Part shown: piece by piece, positions 19,173-28,944 of the stretch
Layout of the letters: the number at the start of each line of letters is the position of its first letter
Numbering within the stretch: position 1 is the first letter of the stretch
Source: a virus
IMG/VR virus record: IMGVR_UViG_3300047322_000608
Location: 1-64,000 of that record
Length of the DNA stretch: 64,000 bases
Strand: one strand, 5' to 3'
The notes under the pieces: model-generated
Seen by the model: only the letters and a program-made list of their open reading frames with translations
The model's database searches: none
What the model was told of the DNA's origin: nothing
Program-made: the position numbers and the translations under genes

Positions 19173-20053
19173 AGGTAATACCCCACCAACTTGATCTCTC
19201 CGTCTGCAACGCCCGGAACGCTCTCCGTGATCTGGTAATCGAACTGGAGCGTGTTGGTGATCGGGAACACCGCCTGGCTGCCCGTCGCGACGGCATCCGT
19301 TCCACCTACCCGCGTCAGCAAGAGTGGAAAGCTCACGTTGTCCTTGCGGATATTGGCGAAGGCCTGACCATCGGTTGCTGATGCCCAGCGAAGCGTTGCC
19401 TGGAGAATGACAGCCTTGGCATTGGATGGAACACCCAGGCCGGCGAGCACCCCCGCCGCCACGGTCGTCCATCCAACCGCAGGCCCGGAGGCGTAAATGA
19501 TGGCCGGACCAGCGGCAAGAAACTGCGGCCCGGTCAACAGGTTGCTCGGCGGAGTTGGATTCAGCAGGATGAACTGTGTGCCGTCGTCTTCGACGATGAA
19601 GATGCCGGCTGCTTGAATGTCGCCGGCTGAGAGGTCGACCAACCCAGCGCCCGTAACTTTCTTCACTGGCCGAGCGGCAATCCCGTCTGCGTTCAGCGTG
19701 GTTGCTCCCGTGTTGGTCGCCGCCGCCTTAACCACAAATTGAAGCCCGGCGCTGTAGGCCGTCAATGGCAGCGGAGCGAACGAGATCGCCATTGCGTTGA
19801 CCGCGCCCGTGTCGACTGCGTAGAAGTTCGAAAGGAACGCCAGCTTGGCCAGGGTAACCGCCCGATCCTGGATCGCAGCCGTGTTGACCGATCCAGGCTT
19901 GAGTGTGCCATTAGGGTTGAGCGCGGCAGCCAGTTGCGCCGCCTGCGCGTTTACCGCCGTTTCGATGTCCGTTTTGTTCTGATCTTCCTGCGCGGGAGTC
20001 AGTGGAATACCTAGCACCAATCTTTTGAGCAACGAAAGTGGAGGGTAAGGCAT
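19169..20053 (-). CDS. tail fibre protein
   Basis: DTGAVNA.....P...AY.AGL...KAAATNTGATTLN.DG....KK...L.AGDI fibre module. Confidence 0.75.
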   Translation of the reverse strand: MPYPPLSLLKRLVLGIPLTPAQEDQNKTDIETAVNAQAAQLAAALNPNGTLKPGSVNTAAIQDRAVTLAKLAFLSNFYAVDTGAVNAMAISFAPLPLTAYSAGLQFVVKAAATNTGATTLNADGIAARPVKKVTGAGLVDLSAGDIQAAGIFIVEDDGTQFILLNPTPPSNLLTGPQFLAAGPAIIYASGPAVGWTTVAAGVLAGLGVPSNAKAVILQATLRWASATDGQAFANIRKDNVSFPLLLTRVGGTDAVATGSQAVFPITNTLQFDYQITESVPGVADGEIKLVGYYL

Positions 20054-20059
20054 AAACGC

Positions 20060-20548
20060 TTAGATCAACCCGAGTTCCATAAATTCGATTACGAGCGACA
20101 CTGTCCCGGGATTGGCAGAGTCAACGGTCAAACGTGGAATCAACGTCGCTGCCGTTATCACGCTCGACAGTGCGGCGATTGACAGCTCTTGGTATGTGCC
20201 AACACCGGTCAGCGAAGCGAGCAAGACGGGAGCGATGATGTTGGTTCCGCCAGCCGCGGCGGCCGTGTACAGCCCGAGCGTAGCGGCAGAAAGATCGGCC
20301 GTTGGGTTGTAAACTAAGGCCCGAATCGGGACGTATTTGGTCGACGGAATGAAGATGGGAGCGAGGTCAACAGGCGCTCCAGCCATCAGGTTTAGCAGCC
20401 GAACAAAGGCCTTGAGCGTGCCCGCGTATTGGTTGGGCACGGCGCTTTGTGCGAATTGGGGTGCGGCTTGAAGAGTCGCCTGCCCGGGCACCAAAATATC
20501 GTTCTGATCAATCCGGACGGCCATGAGTTGCCTTTGTGTCCAAGGCAA
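20060..20548 (-). CDS. virion structural protein (beta-rich)
   Basis: 162 aa in tail cluster, TTG start. Confidence 0.6.
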   Translation of the reverse strand: MPWTQRQLMAVRIDQNDILVPGQATLQAAPQFAQSAVPNQYAGTLKAFVRLLNLMAGAPVDLAPIFIPSTKYVPIRALVYNPTADLSAATLGLYTAAAAGGTNIIAPVLLASLTGVGTYQELSIAALSSVITAATLIPRLTVDSANPGTVSLVIEFMELGLI

Positions 20549-20551
20549 CCC

Positions 20552-21169
20552 TTACAGCACCAATAATGTTCCGTCGATAATTAACTGGCCATAGACCATG
20601 AATGGCGCCGCGGTGATAATGGCGTCAGAAACCCCGAGCGTGATGACTTCACCGGCCGGAATGCTCTTTACGCCGACTGCCGGCCAGGCCCTGCCGTAGC
20701 GAGGTCCGGTCAATCCGATGCGTTTCTGATCCAGATCCTGCGCGTCTTGCGTCCCGACAATCGGACTACTCGTTCCATGCGTGATCGTGGCGGCGATGTG
20801 CGCGGCCAAGCCGGAGCTGACGGCCGCCAGGTTGGCAACGATCGCCGCTAGCTGGGCGGCGATACCTCCGCTACCTCCTCCTGGAATACCAGCGATCTGC
20901 GCGGTGAGCGCGGCAATCTGTTGGTTCAGGCCATCGATCAGAGTCTGCAGGTTGAGTTCGTCGGTTTTGAACTGGGTTGCGATCTGGTCCAGGTCGCGCT
21001 GGAGCAAGTCCTGGAACCGATTCCACCAGCGATCGGAAGCTTCCTGCCAGGCCTTGAGTTCCGGGAACCGATCAGAGAATGAGTCCGGGATGTCCGGTGG
21101 GACCGGTATCTGACCGACCAACGCCAGCGACTGAGCTGGGCCTGGTTTACGGGTGATGGCCATGGTCAA
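20552..21169 (-). CDS. tail needle/coiled-coil virion protein
   Basis: immediately downstream of nozzle-like gene; central coiled coil. Confidence 0.5.
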   Translation of the reverse strand: MTMAITRKPGPAQSLALVGQIPVPPDIPDSFSDRFPELKAWQEASDRWWNRFQDLLQRDLDQIATQFKTDELNLQTLIDGLNQQIAALTAQIAGIPGGGSGGIAAQLAAIVANLAAVSSGLAAHIAATITHGTSSPIVGTQDAQDLDQKRIGLTGPRYGRAWPAVGVKSIPAGEVITLGVSDAIITAAPFMVYGQLIIDGTLLVL

Positions 21170-23475
21170 CCCCGTGGCAAGCTGCGGCTGTCAATCGGCG
21201 CGACGTTCCAAAGGCTGCCGACCAGCCGGCAAGGATCGTCGATGCCGTTGACCGTGATCGAACTCTGGAAGTAAAAGCGCCTGGACAAGATCGGCACCAG
21301 GTTCTGGATAATCGGATTGGCGAGCACCTTGGTTGCGATCAAGGTCGGCACAAGGTTGACGTTCTGGCAGCCGTAGATCTCCACCGTCATGGGGGTATTC
21401 GGGCTTTGCGATGCCATCAGGACCAGGAAGGCGCGGCAATCTTTCTCAGAGAAATCGTTTCCGAACGCACCCATGCCACTCTGGAGTTGGCTCGCGTAAG
21501 GATTGCGCGATTCGTCGTAGGGCACCACGTCCCGGCGAAAGAAGATCTGGTCGTTGTTATCCCAATCCGGCGCGCCTTGAGGCTCGTTGGTCTTGCCGTA
21601 GATCAGAACGGCGCCATGTCCTGTCCCCATGATAAACCAATCCTGTTCAGCTCCGGAAGCCCGACCCGTCAACGGCTTGCGCACCGTGCAAGCCGCCGTG
21701 ATAATCGCCGAGCTGGTTGAAATCGAGTTCCATTTGTAATCCCAGAGCAGGATCTGTTCGGGATAATACGATCCTCTGACCGGCCAGACGAAGAGGATCT
21801 CGTGCGTGATCCCGTTCTCGGCCGCGAAGATGCGCTCGGTGTTGGCCAGGGTCGCTTGATCAAAGAAGATGTTTGAGCAGCTCTCGAACTTCGGCAGGAT
21901 CATCGGCTGCTGGTTGGTCAGGTCGAACCGGTAGAAGGCATTCCGGCCGGCGTAAATGTGGAACATCTCAGTCGGCGTCTCCGCCAGCCAGAGCGCGTGC
22001 CGATAGTAAAGGCCCTGCTCCTTCTGGATTCGACGCGCGGCAAAGGCGAACGGTTGCGCTGGATCTCCGAGGTACTGCCCAAGGAAGATCGAGGTGTCCT
22101 TGTAGATCACCAATTGATCAGCCAACGGCAGCATTTTTAAGATGGCGCTGCCGTCGTCCTGCAGGTCTTCAAACCCGACGATGGACCCGATCATATCGGT
22201 CGCCTGCACCACAGCGTTTGTTACCGTGCTCTGGGCGAACCCATCCAGAACGACGCTCGCCCCTGTCACGTAGAGAATGTTGGCCGTGAAGTTGTCAGCC
22301 GTCGCGCCAGCGTGCGGCGCGCCAGCTCCCACCACCGTTATGCTCTCGCCGACCGAAAGGCCTTTCACCGGGTAGTCCAGCGTCAGGACGTTGGTGTAAG
22401 CCGCGATCGAGCCAGGCAGGAGAGCGGCCCACCTCCGCGGCTCTCCTGGCACTCCCCAGATCACCCGGAACTGAGTGCGCGTCAGGTACTGGTCGTTGGT
22501 GTAGATAGCATACGGATCTGGCGCGGTGTTGAACCAGTTGGCCAGTTGGTCCGGCTGGATCTCCGACACGTCCGCACCCATCAGGATGCCGTTGATCTCG
22601 GAGATCGTGTTGATTCGGGCTATCCCGTTCTCTCGCAGCTCGTAGATCGGAACAACCGAAAGCTCTTCTACCCGGTAGGTGCAGAGGAGGTCGATCCCGT
22701 TATTGAAAACCATGTAGCCGTTGATCGAGACCGTCTCCCAACGGTGGCCCAGGTCAGAGTAGCCAGACCCGATCACGATCCAGTAACCCGGGTTGTCGTC
22801 GATGTAGCGGAGCTGGTGCGGCAACGTCCCGGGAGGATAATCGGCCGGGCTCTCCGACCAGTACATCAGCTCGCTCTCAGGGGTTCCCGGTGGGTAATCC
22901 CGCGCCAGCTTGGAAATGTAATCTCCATCCTCCAGCGCGTAGTAGCGGTAGAGCCGGTGATGGCTTCCCGCGATTACGGCTGTTTGGCCGTTGGGCCTGC
23001 GCGCGAGGCCGAGCAGGGTAATCTCCTCATCGGCTTGGGCAAAGAGCGACGTGCCTGAGTCCGGAGATACCGGAGTTCCGCTGACTTCGTATTGGAAAGA
23101 GTTGCCGGTAACGGCGGTGACGATGAATGAGCCATTGTAGATTGGATCGGTTGCGCCTGTGACGATGACGGTTTCTCCTGGTTCAAACCACTGTCCGGAA
23201 AGCCTGGTCGCCGTGACGGTTCCTCCCGAGAATGTCAGCGCGTCCAGGACGATGAGTGACGGAAACGGCTGGCCACCGACCGGCAGGGTCAGGTTGGGGT
23301 AGAAGTAGTCGTGTCCTTCGCGGCGAATCTCCTGATCCAGGTCGCGCCGGAAGTCGCGCTTGATTGAATAGTTAAACGATCCGCAGTCATCCAAACTGCC
23401 GTTTGTAACCAGACTCCCGCCAAGCGCGGGCGCAACTTTGATGGGCCTGTAGCGATCTTTCTGCCGAGCGGCCAT
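21166..23475 (-). CDS. tail nozzle/stabilisation protein (P22 gp10 / T7 gp12-like)
   Basis: 769 aa beta-rich; QLVIYKDTSIFLG propeller-like segments; inserted GETVIVTGA..YNGSF.VT small beta domain; position in podovirus tail cluster. Confidence 0.65.
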   Translation of the reverse strand: MAARQKDRYRPIKVAPALGGSLVTNGSLDDCGSFNYSIKRDFRRDLDQEIRREGHDYFYPNLTLPVGGQPFPSLIVLDALTFSGGTVTATRLSGQWFEPGETVIVTGATDPIYNGSFIVTAVTGNSFQYEVSGTPVSPDSGTSLFAQADEEITLLGLARRPNGQTAVIAGSHHRLYRYYALEDGDYISKLARDYPPGTPESELMYWSESPADYPPGTLPHQLRYIDDNPGYWIVIGSGYSDLGHRWETVSINGYMVFNNGIDLLCTYRVEELSVVPIYELRENGIARINTISEINGILMGADVSEIQPDQLANWFNTAPDPYAIYTNDQYLTRTQFRVIWGVPGEPRRWAALLPGSIAAYTNVLTLDYPVKGLSVGESITVVGAGAPHAGATADNFTANILYVTGASVVLDGFAQSTVTNAVVQATDMIGSIVGFEDLQDDGSAILKMLPLADQLVIYKDTSIFLGQYLGDPAQPFAFAARRIQKEQGLYYRHALWLAETPTEMFHIYAGRNAFYRFDLTNQQPMILPKFESCSNIFFDQATLANTERIFAAENGITHEILFVWPVRGSYYPEQILLWDYKWNSISTSSAIITAACTVRKPLTGRASGAEQDWFIMGTGHGAVLIYGKTNEPQGAPDWDNNDQIFFRRDVVPYDESRNPYASQLQSGMGAFGNDFSEKDCRAFLVLMASQSPNTPMTVEIYGCQNVNLVPTLIATKVLANPIIQNLVPILSRRFYFQSSITVNGIDDPCRLVGSLWNVAPIDSRSLPRG

Positions 23476-23492
23476 GGCTTGTCCTTACAGGT

Positions 23493-24176
23493 TTACCCGC
23501 CGTCTTGAAAGACAAATTGGGATTCGCACCCTTCGTAACACGGCCCGAAAAGGTTGAGATCTAATCCGCTGGAGCTGTGGGTTCCGATCGTTCCAATGCT
23601 CATCGACCGGTTAATCATCGGCCTCCATGTCGATATACTTTCCCGTCTCAATCCCCAGTCCACGCTCCAATCCCACATCTCGCCTCCCATGCTTGGATCC
23701 TGGTAAAACCAATACTTGCGCAGGATCGGGAACAGCTCTGGACGGTAGGCCATGCCGCCACCAAGTAGTCCGTGTAGGTCAACCCTGACCGCATGAGAAT
23801 CGTTGCTTTGCGTATCATGCCAGCGCCTCAGACATAAGAGACCACGTTTGCCTGATTCGGAAAAGGCATCTGCCATCAGAAGCGCATCCTTGGAAATCAC
23901 GCAATCATCTTCCAAGTAAAGAACAAGCTCCGCGCCCAGTGCATTCGCAAAGGCCGCGGCCAGGAAGGTGTTCAGCCGGCAGCCGAGCTTGGCGGGGTTG
24001 CGGTTGAAGTGGATGGACCATGATCCGATCCGGGAGATGAGTTCAGCTACCGCCTGGTTAGGTTCGCACGAGAAAACCAGGGTCCAATTCTGATTGCCGT
24101 TTGCCGCACGGATCGAATCCAGGCATTGAGCGAGCAGATCCGGACGGTCGTTGGTGGGAATACAAATGGCTTTCAA
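23493..24176 (-). CDS. glycosyltransferase, GT-A fold (GT2-like)
   Basis: ICIPTNDRPDLLAQCLDSI N-terminus and LYLEDD motif. Confidence 0.85.
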   Translation of the reverse strand: MKAICIPTNDRPDLLAQCLDSIRAANGNQNWTLVFSCEPNQAVAELISRIGSWSIHFNRNPAKLGCRLNTFLAAAFANALGAELVLYLEDDCVISKDALLMADAFSESGKRGLLCLRRWHDTQSNDSHAVRVDLHGLLGGGMAYRPELFPILRKYWFYQDPSMGGEMWDWSVDWGLRRESISTWRPMINRSMSIGTIGTHSSSGLDLNLFGPCYEGCESQFVFQDGG

Positions 24177-24193
24177 ATGGCTTTCTTATGCAA

Positions 24194-24754
24194 TCAGTAC
24201 TTGTGAACGATCCCTATCCCGCAGGTTGTGGATTTAGCGTCTTCCATGATCGTAACTGTTCTCCACTGATCCCTTTGGATCTCACTCCAAAGCCTGGAAA
24301 CCTGAACATCCGGCTGCCCGTGAGGAACAATGTCGTGGAACGCGACGATCCCACCTGGTGCTACCATCGGCATGTAATTGTCCCAATCTTTGAGGACGGC
24401 CTCATAATGGTGATCGGCATCGATAAACAGCCAATCGAACGGCCCGTGCTCTCTTACTTTTTCAACAATCGCTTGGTCGTGGGAATTTCCCTGGATCGCT
24501 TCAATTGTGCATTGTCCGTTTTCCCAGGATGGGAACTCCTTACGATTGTCGTAGGTTGGATGGTAAATATCCACAGCTGCGATCTTGGTTCCAGGCTGGC
24601 AGTTGTGAGACCAAGCCCACAAAGAACCGCCGCTAGCCGTCCCCAACTCAAGCACACGTTTAGGGCTGGCAATAATGAAATGCCTGATTAACCACTCGAA
24701 TTCCCATCTCCTTTGGAGCAGTGGGAGACCGGCTGGAGGATAGTTTACTTTCAT
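24194..24754 (-). CDS. class I SAM-dependent methyltransferase (Methyltransf_24-like)
   Basis: VLELGTASGGS, FDWLFIDADHHYEAV..D, PGGIVAFHD. Confidence 0.9.
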   Translation of the reverse strand: MKVNYPPAGLPLLQRRWEFEWLIRHFIIASPKRVLELGTASGGSLWAWSHNCQPGTKIAAVDIYHPTYDNRKEFPSWENGQCTIEAIQGNSHDQAIVEKVREHGPFDWLFIDADHHYEAVLKDWDNYMPMVAPGGIVAFHDIVPHGQPDVQVSRLWSEIQRDQWRTVTIMEDAKSTTCGIGIVHKY

Positions 24755-25098
24755 GATTCAGATTTGGTTTTGGATTCCATCAAATCCTGATCGGGCCAGA
24801 ACTTCTCCTGGAGCGCGCGTTTGGCCAGGTAACGTTTCCGGTTAACCTGCTGCACCTCGCTCGCCCGTATCTGGTCTTGCCCAGCCTTTGCGATGGCTTC
24901 GAACGTCAACCGATTGGCCTCATGGAGATCGAAGTACTCCGATGATTTCAGGATTGCGTCCAGGTTTTGAACTTGATCAGCCAGCATTGACATGACCTGC
25001 CTAGCCTGCCTTCCGACCCTGAGACCGTTGGCTGCCTTGATCTGGAGGATCGAAAGGAAATCGAAAGCGAATGCTTCGTCGCACGGGAGGAGGATCAT
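24751..25098 (-). CDS. small helical protein (DUF6165-like), GT-associated
   Basis: MILLPCDEAFAFDFLSILQIK...L..AN...N.KR...K pattern. Confidence 0.5.
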   Translation of the reverse strand: MILLPCDEAFAFDFLSILQIKAANGLRVGRQARQVMSMLADQVQNLDAILKSSEYFDLHEANRLTFEAIAKAGQDQIRASEVQQVNRKRYLAKRALQEKFWPDQDLMESKTKSES

Positions 25099-26660
25099 AA
25101 TGCCGCATCCCAAGGACGGTTGAAGTTGAAGTAGCGAGCGCGCGGGTCCTGGTGCTGCCATTCCTTTGGGGGATAACCATGTGCCGCATCCGGGACAGCC
25201 ACCGTGATCCTGCCCCCCGCAGCGATCATGAGGTGGGCATCGCCCGTATCAACGCCCAGGTACTGTCCGCACGCTGCGTAGATCCCAGACAGATCTTGCA
25301 GGCCAACGAAAGGCATCCGGGTTGCACCTGGAACAGTCAAATAATCTTCCCGCCCGAACTGCAAGAACGTCCGATCCTTAAACCGGGCCAGGATTGGTTC
25401 CCAGAAATCAGGCGGCCTTTGCCTCAGATGCGCCCAGTGGGCAGCGCACGTCGGGACAAAGCAGACCGGCTTGCTGTAATCAGCGAGCCACTGATGACCT
25501 GATTTGATCCGCTCTTCTGGAACGTTAATGACCGGAGTGCTACTCTCGCGATGCAGGCCGAATAGCTCCAGCTTAACCCTTCCGGAATGAACGCCTCCGA
25601 CATGTCGGAACACCGGGTAAGCATCCGTGAATTCGATTGGGCAGAGGCCTTCGAAAAGGAACGCGAACCGTTCCAGCCGGCGCGGTAGTCGCATGATAGC
25701 CCGAGCGCCCAGCGCCTTGGCGATCGGCGTCACGCTCAGGGTGTCTCCCATCCCGTCCGCATCGGCCGCAGGGCCAAGCTCGTAAAACCCGTTGGGGTTG
25801 AGATACGGCAGCACATACGGATGTCCGATGTCCGGCCAGCGCACGGGCCCGCGAAAACAGAACTGAGAGTTGGGGCGCTTGAAGACGCAGTCTGGAGTCT
25901 TAGGCGAAGTTTCCTGGATCAAAGCCTTCCCCAAGCCCAAGGCAATTGCATTGGCGCAGCTCTGGTTACCGATGAATAGCTGGCAGCCAGCGATCAGCCT
26001 GGCCAAAGCCAAGGCATCTGAGCACGGCGCCAGCTCGCAGAACTTTCCGAACTTGGCCGTCCACTCGTTCCACTCCTGCGTCGTGCCGCAGAACTTCATC
26101 CTGAACCCGTAACGGCGCACCGCTTCGTCCCACGGGAATTCATTGTTCTGATACCGTCCAGACCGATGAATGACGACAGGGAACTTTGGGTCTTCGATCG
26201 GATTCGGCACCGTCAGCCACGGCTTATCCTCTGGCAACGGACCTGTTCCGAATCGTTTCGGATAAGCTTCGAAGAGCCGCCGCAATCCCAGCTTCTGCCT
26301 CTCGGCTGAGTTGGTCATCCAGATCTCACGGAACCGATTGAGATCGTGCGTAACCGATCCGGGCTGGCGATCGGCGTATTCAGCCGAAGTCAGGTAAGGT
26401 TGGATCTTTAAGAGCGGCAAAAGCCAGCGATACCGCTGCGGATCCCGCTTTGAATTCACGTCCCACTTGGTGTCCGGCCCGATGTAAAGCTTTCCGCCGC
26501 CGATCTCTTTGATGAACAGCAGCGAATAGATGATGTCGCCGATGTCGCCGGAATGGTAGAAGACCTTCTCTTGCGCCGTCACGATTATTGGCTCCGGAAG
26601 CTCGATCTTCTGGGTGGGAAGCCGGACAACTTCTGGCGGCGCTGGCGGAGCTTTGATCAC
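25095..26660 (-). CDS. tandem double GT9-like (heptosyltransferase-like, GT-B) glycosyltransferase
   Basis: two units: HSGDIGDIIY...LFIGNQS and DGMGDTL..TP...YLGVDTG.AHL..A.G. Confidence 0.8.
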   Translation of the reverse strand: MIKAPPAPPEVVRLPTQKIELPEPIIVTAQEKVFYHSGDIGDIIYSLLFIKEIGGGKLYIGPDTKWDVNSKRDPQRYRWLLPLLKIQPYLTSAEYADRQPGSVTHDLNRFREIWMTNSAERQKLGLRRLFEAYPKRFGTGPLPEDKPWLTVPNPIEDPKFPVVIHRSGRYQNNEFPWDEAVRRYGFRMKFCGTTQEWNEWTAKFGKFCELAPCSDALALARLIAGCQLFIGNQSCANAIALGLGKALIQETSPKTPDCVFKRPNSQFCFRGPVRWPDIGHPYVLPYLNPNGFYELGPAADADGMGDTLSVTPIAKALGARAIMRLPRRLERFAFLFEGLCPIEFTDAYPVFRHVGGVHSGRVKLELFGLHRESSTPVINVPEERIKSGHQWLADYSKPVCFVPTCAAHWAHLRQRPPDFWEPILARFKDRTFLQFGREDYLTVPGATRMPFVGLQDLSGIYAACGQYLGVDTGDAHLMIAAGGRITVAVPDAAHGYPPKEWQHQDPRARYFNFNRPWDAAL

Positions 26661-28207
26661 GCCACTTCAACCGCTTTCCACTGCAACGCGAAAGTGTCGA
26701 CGTTCTCGCCGCGGGTATCGAAGAACGAGAGCTGCAGTCGTTCCCGGCGCGCGGAGATGTAGGTCGACCCGTAGAATTCGTTGTAACGGAACTGGCTGCC
26801 TGTAACCGGTGGGTCATGGAACCCGCGCTTCTGCGCTCCACCCAACCCGCAAGTCACGTAGACCAGGCCGTCGACTAGGATCCGTTCGTAATTGTGGGCG
26901 TGGCCAGAGATAACCATGTGCGCTCCCCAAGTCTTGTAGGGCAAACGGAAAGCGGTGTTGCCGGGGTAATGGTTGATGTCCGAGGTGTAGGGTGCCTCGT
27001 GCAGGACGACCACGTTCCAGAGATCCGCGCTCGCTTCCAGGAGCGGCTGCAGCCAGGCAGCCTGGGGCGCTGCCGGAAGATTGGTGTCGAGCACGAAGAT
27101 GTGGCAGCGATCGTTGCCAGACTGAGGATGCCGAGTTTGCGGGATGAAATCGTAATAGGTCTTGCCCTGGTTCAGCGCGGCCTGGCGCGTGAGCAACGCC
27201 TGCAAGGCCGCTCCGCCGTCTGAGATGATGTCGTGATTGCCGAAGGACAAGTAGAAGTTCGATGGGATGTACAGCCCGTAATACTTGATCAGGTTGTCCT
27301 GAATCGTGATCGGGTCTCCGTCCGGATAGTTCGTATCGCCAAGGTGCATGACGAAGTCCGGTTCCAAGGTCTTGACCAGAACCGAGACAGCGTCCGTGTT
27401 CAGGATCGTAGCCGGCTCCCCCGAATCGCCAAAGGCACAGAACTCGGTGGTATCTTCGTTCGGCTGGCTCGGATTTGGGCAGCCACCTCCTGACCCATCC
27501 CGGCAACAGGTGCTCAATGAATTGGCGCATTTGTTGGCTTGGTTCGGGCTGTCCACATCCAGGCTCAGCCGTTTACGCTCCATCGAATCGGCAAATAACA
27601 GGGCCCGGCGCCGCACATACTCTGCCATGTAGGACCCGTGCTCAGCCAGGTCGTGGTCGACCAGGCGCGCGATCTTCGCCTTAACGAACAGCCCGACCGC
27701 TTCGGCTACGCCCAAGTCGAAAGGAACTTCGTCGTTGTCATCGAACGACGTCTTAACCCCTTCCCAGAACAGGCTGATCTGATGCCGCTCTCCGACGCTC
27801 GGAAAGATCGTGAACTGCTGGCCCCAAGGATCAATCGCCATTAAGAACTGGGCATTGATAATCCTTGGATTGCCGCAGACCAGATCGTAACGGTTGCCCC
27901 ACGGATAGATGTTGAGCGGCTGGGAAACGCATTGCTGTCCGACCCGCTTGTAATACGCATCCAACGGCCGGCATTGCTGGCCTTGCGGGAATGACCCGAC
28001 GCTCGCCAATCCGTCCAGGACTAAGTCGTTGGCGCCGTAGACCGTCTCGTGGCCGCCGCGGTAGAAGGGAATGATCTGCTGGATCTGAACCACCGAATAG
28101 ACCAATTGCTGGCCGAGGTAGTTCGGGTTTCCGGTCGCGACGTTGATCCGCTCGTTATCGACCGGCAGATCGATCAACACCGTGCCGACGAATTCAGACC
28201 ATTTCAT
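26657..28207 (-). CDS. putative head-tail adaptor fused to purple-acid-phosphatase-type metallophosphoesterase
   Basis: C-terminal GDSG, GDTNY, GNHD, VLH, GHAH motifs; N-terminal ~215 aa adaptor-like; Cys-rich linker. Confidence 0.8.
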   Translation of the reverse strand: MKWSEFVGTVLIDLPVDNERINVATGNPNYLGQQLVYSVVQIQQIIPFYRGGHETVYGANDLVLDGLASVGSFPQGQQCRPLDAYYKRVGQQCVSQPLNIYPWGNRYDLVCGNPRIINAQFLMAIDPWGQQFTIFPSVGERHQISLFWEGVKTSFDDNDEVPFDLGVAEAVGLFVKAKIARLVDHDLAEHGSYMAEYVRRRALLFADSMERKRLSLDVDSPNQANKCANSLSTCCRDGSGGGCPNPSQPNEDTTEFCAFGDSGEPATILNTDAVSVLVKTLEPDFVMHLGDTNYPDGDPITIQDNLIKYYGLYIPSNFYLSFGNHDIISDGGAALQALLTRQAALNQGKTYYDFIPQTRHPQSGNDRCHIFVLDTNLPAAPQAAWLQPLLEASADLWNVVVLHEAPYTSDINHYPGNTAFRLPYKTWGAHMVISGHAHNYERILVDGLVYVTCGLGGAQKRGFHDPPVTGSQFRYNEFYGSTYISARRERLQLSFFDTRGENVDTFALQWKAVEVA

Positions 28208-28210
28208 AGG

Positions 28211-28447
28211 CTACCTCAGAAAGCTCGCGATCACAGTGAACATGATGCCGAAAATAAAGCCGCATCCGAAGTACAACCATCGATAGTCCGCTGGAGGATT
28301 AAGCTCCTCGTTCATTTTGCGGACTTTCTCGGAAGCGAAGTAAGCCTCCCGTTCCTCTTGATTGACTTGCTTAAACCATTCCTGGGACCAGGGTTGTAAT
28401 TCGACGTAGGGGGCCACGCCTGAAGAGTTAAGGCTCAAACATTTCAT
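28211..28447 (-). CDS. small membrane-anchored protein
   Basis: C-terminal hydrophobic helix WLYFGCGFIFGIMFTVIASF. Confidence 0.6.
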   Translation of the reverse strand: MKCLSLNSSGVAPYVELQPWSQEWFKQVNQEEREAYFASEKVRKMNEELNPPADYRWLYFGCGFIFGIMFTVIASFLR

Positions 28448-28944
28448 GCCGCTCTCTCCCGGTTGATGTTGAACTTCTTGCTGTTCTCCGGCCGCGGCAG
28501 CTTGGTCCCAATGGTCGCCGTGCTGGCCGCCTGCACTTCGCCGATCTTGATCACTTCGGCAATGTCCTTGATCGGCCCCACTGCCCCGGTCTCTTTAGAA
28601 GCCTTTGACACCGGCTCCGCCACAAGCGCCGCAGGACCCTTGCTGGGCGTTGGTCGCAGCGCGGCTTGCGGCAAGGTTGCGTTCCAGGGCTTGGAGGTAC
28701 TCGAACTTGGCACTGGGAGAGCCTTTTTTTTTGTGCTATTCTCCCATTCCTCCTGGGAGATCTCCGTAACTCCAGTGGTCGGATTCATGGTCAGCTCGCC
28801 CAAAGCGATCTGTTCCTCTTCATTGTCGGTCTGGTAAGCTCCTGGGATGGATCCGCCGTGGCAATCGAGCGCTTCAAAGATGAAACGCCTCCCATGAGAC
28901 TGAATCGCCCGGGTCGCGTTCACTGCATAATAGAACTTGGTCAT
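28444..28944 (-). CDS. hypothetical protein, N-terminal domain paralogous to C-terminus of upstream GT-like protein
   Basis: start MTKFYYAVNAT; shares VNAT, GS.PGA, EQ, NP..GVTEI....WE motifs with 28941-29945. Confidence 0.7.
   Translation of the reverse strand: MTKFYYAVNATRAIQSHGRRFIFEALDCHGGSIPGAYQTDNEEEQIALGELTMNPTTGVTEISQEEWENSTKKKALPVPSSSTSKPWNATLPQAALRPTPSKGPAALVAEPVSKASKETGAVGPIKDIAEVIKIGEVQAASTATIGTKLPRPENSKKFNINRERAA

Noticed and set aside
28723-28732. T9 homopolymer (A9 on coding strand) as programmed frameshift or phase-variation site
   Set aside because: Simply encodes a Lys run; no supporting alternative-frame product identified.
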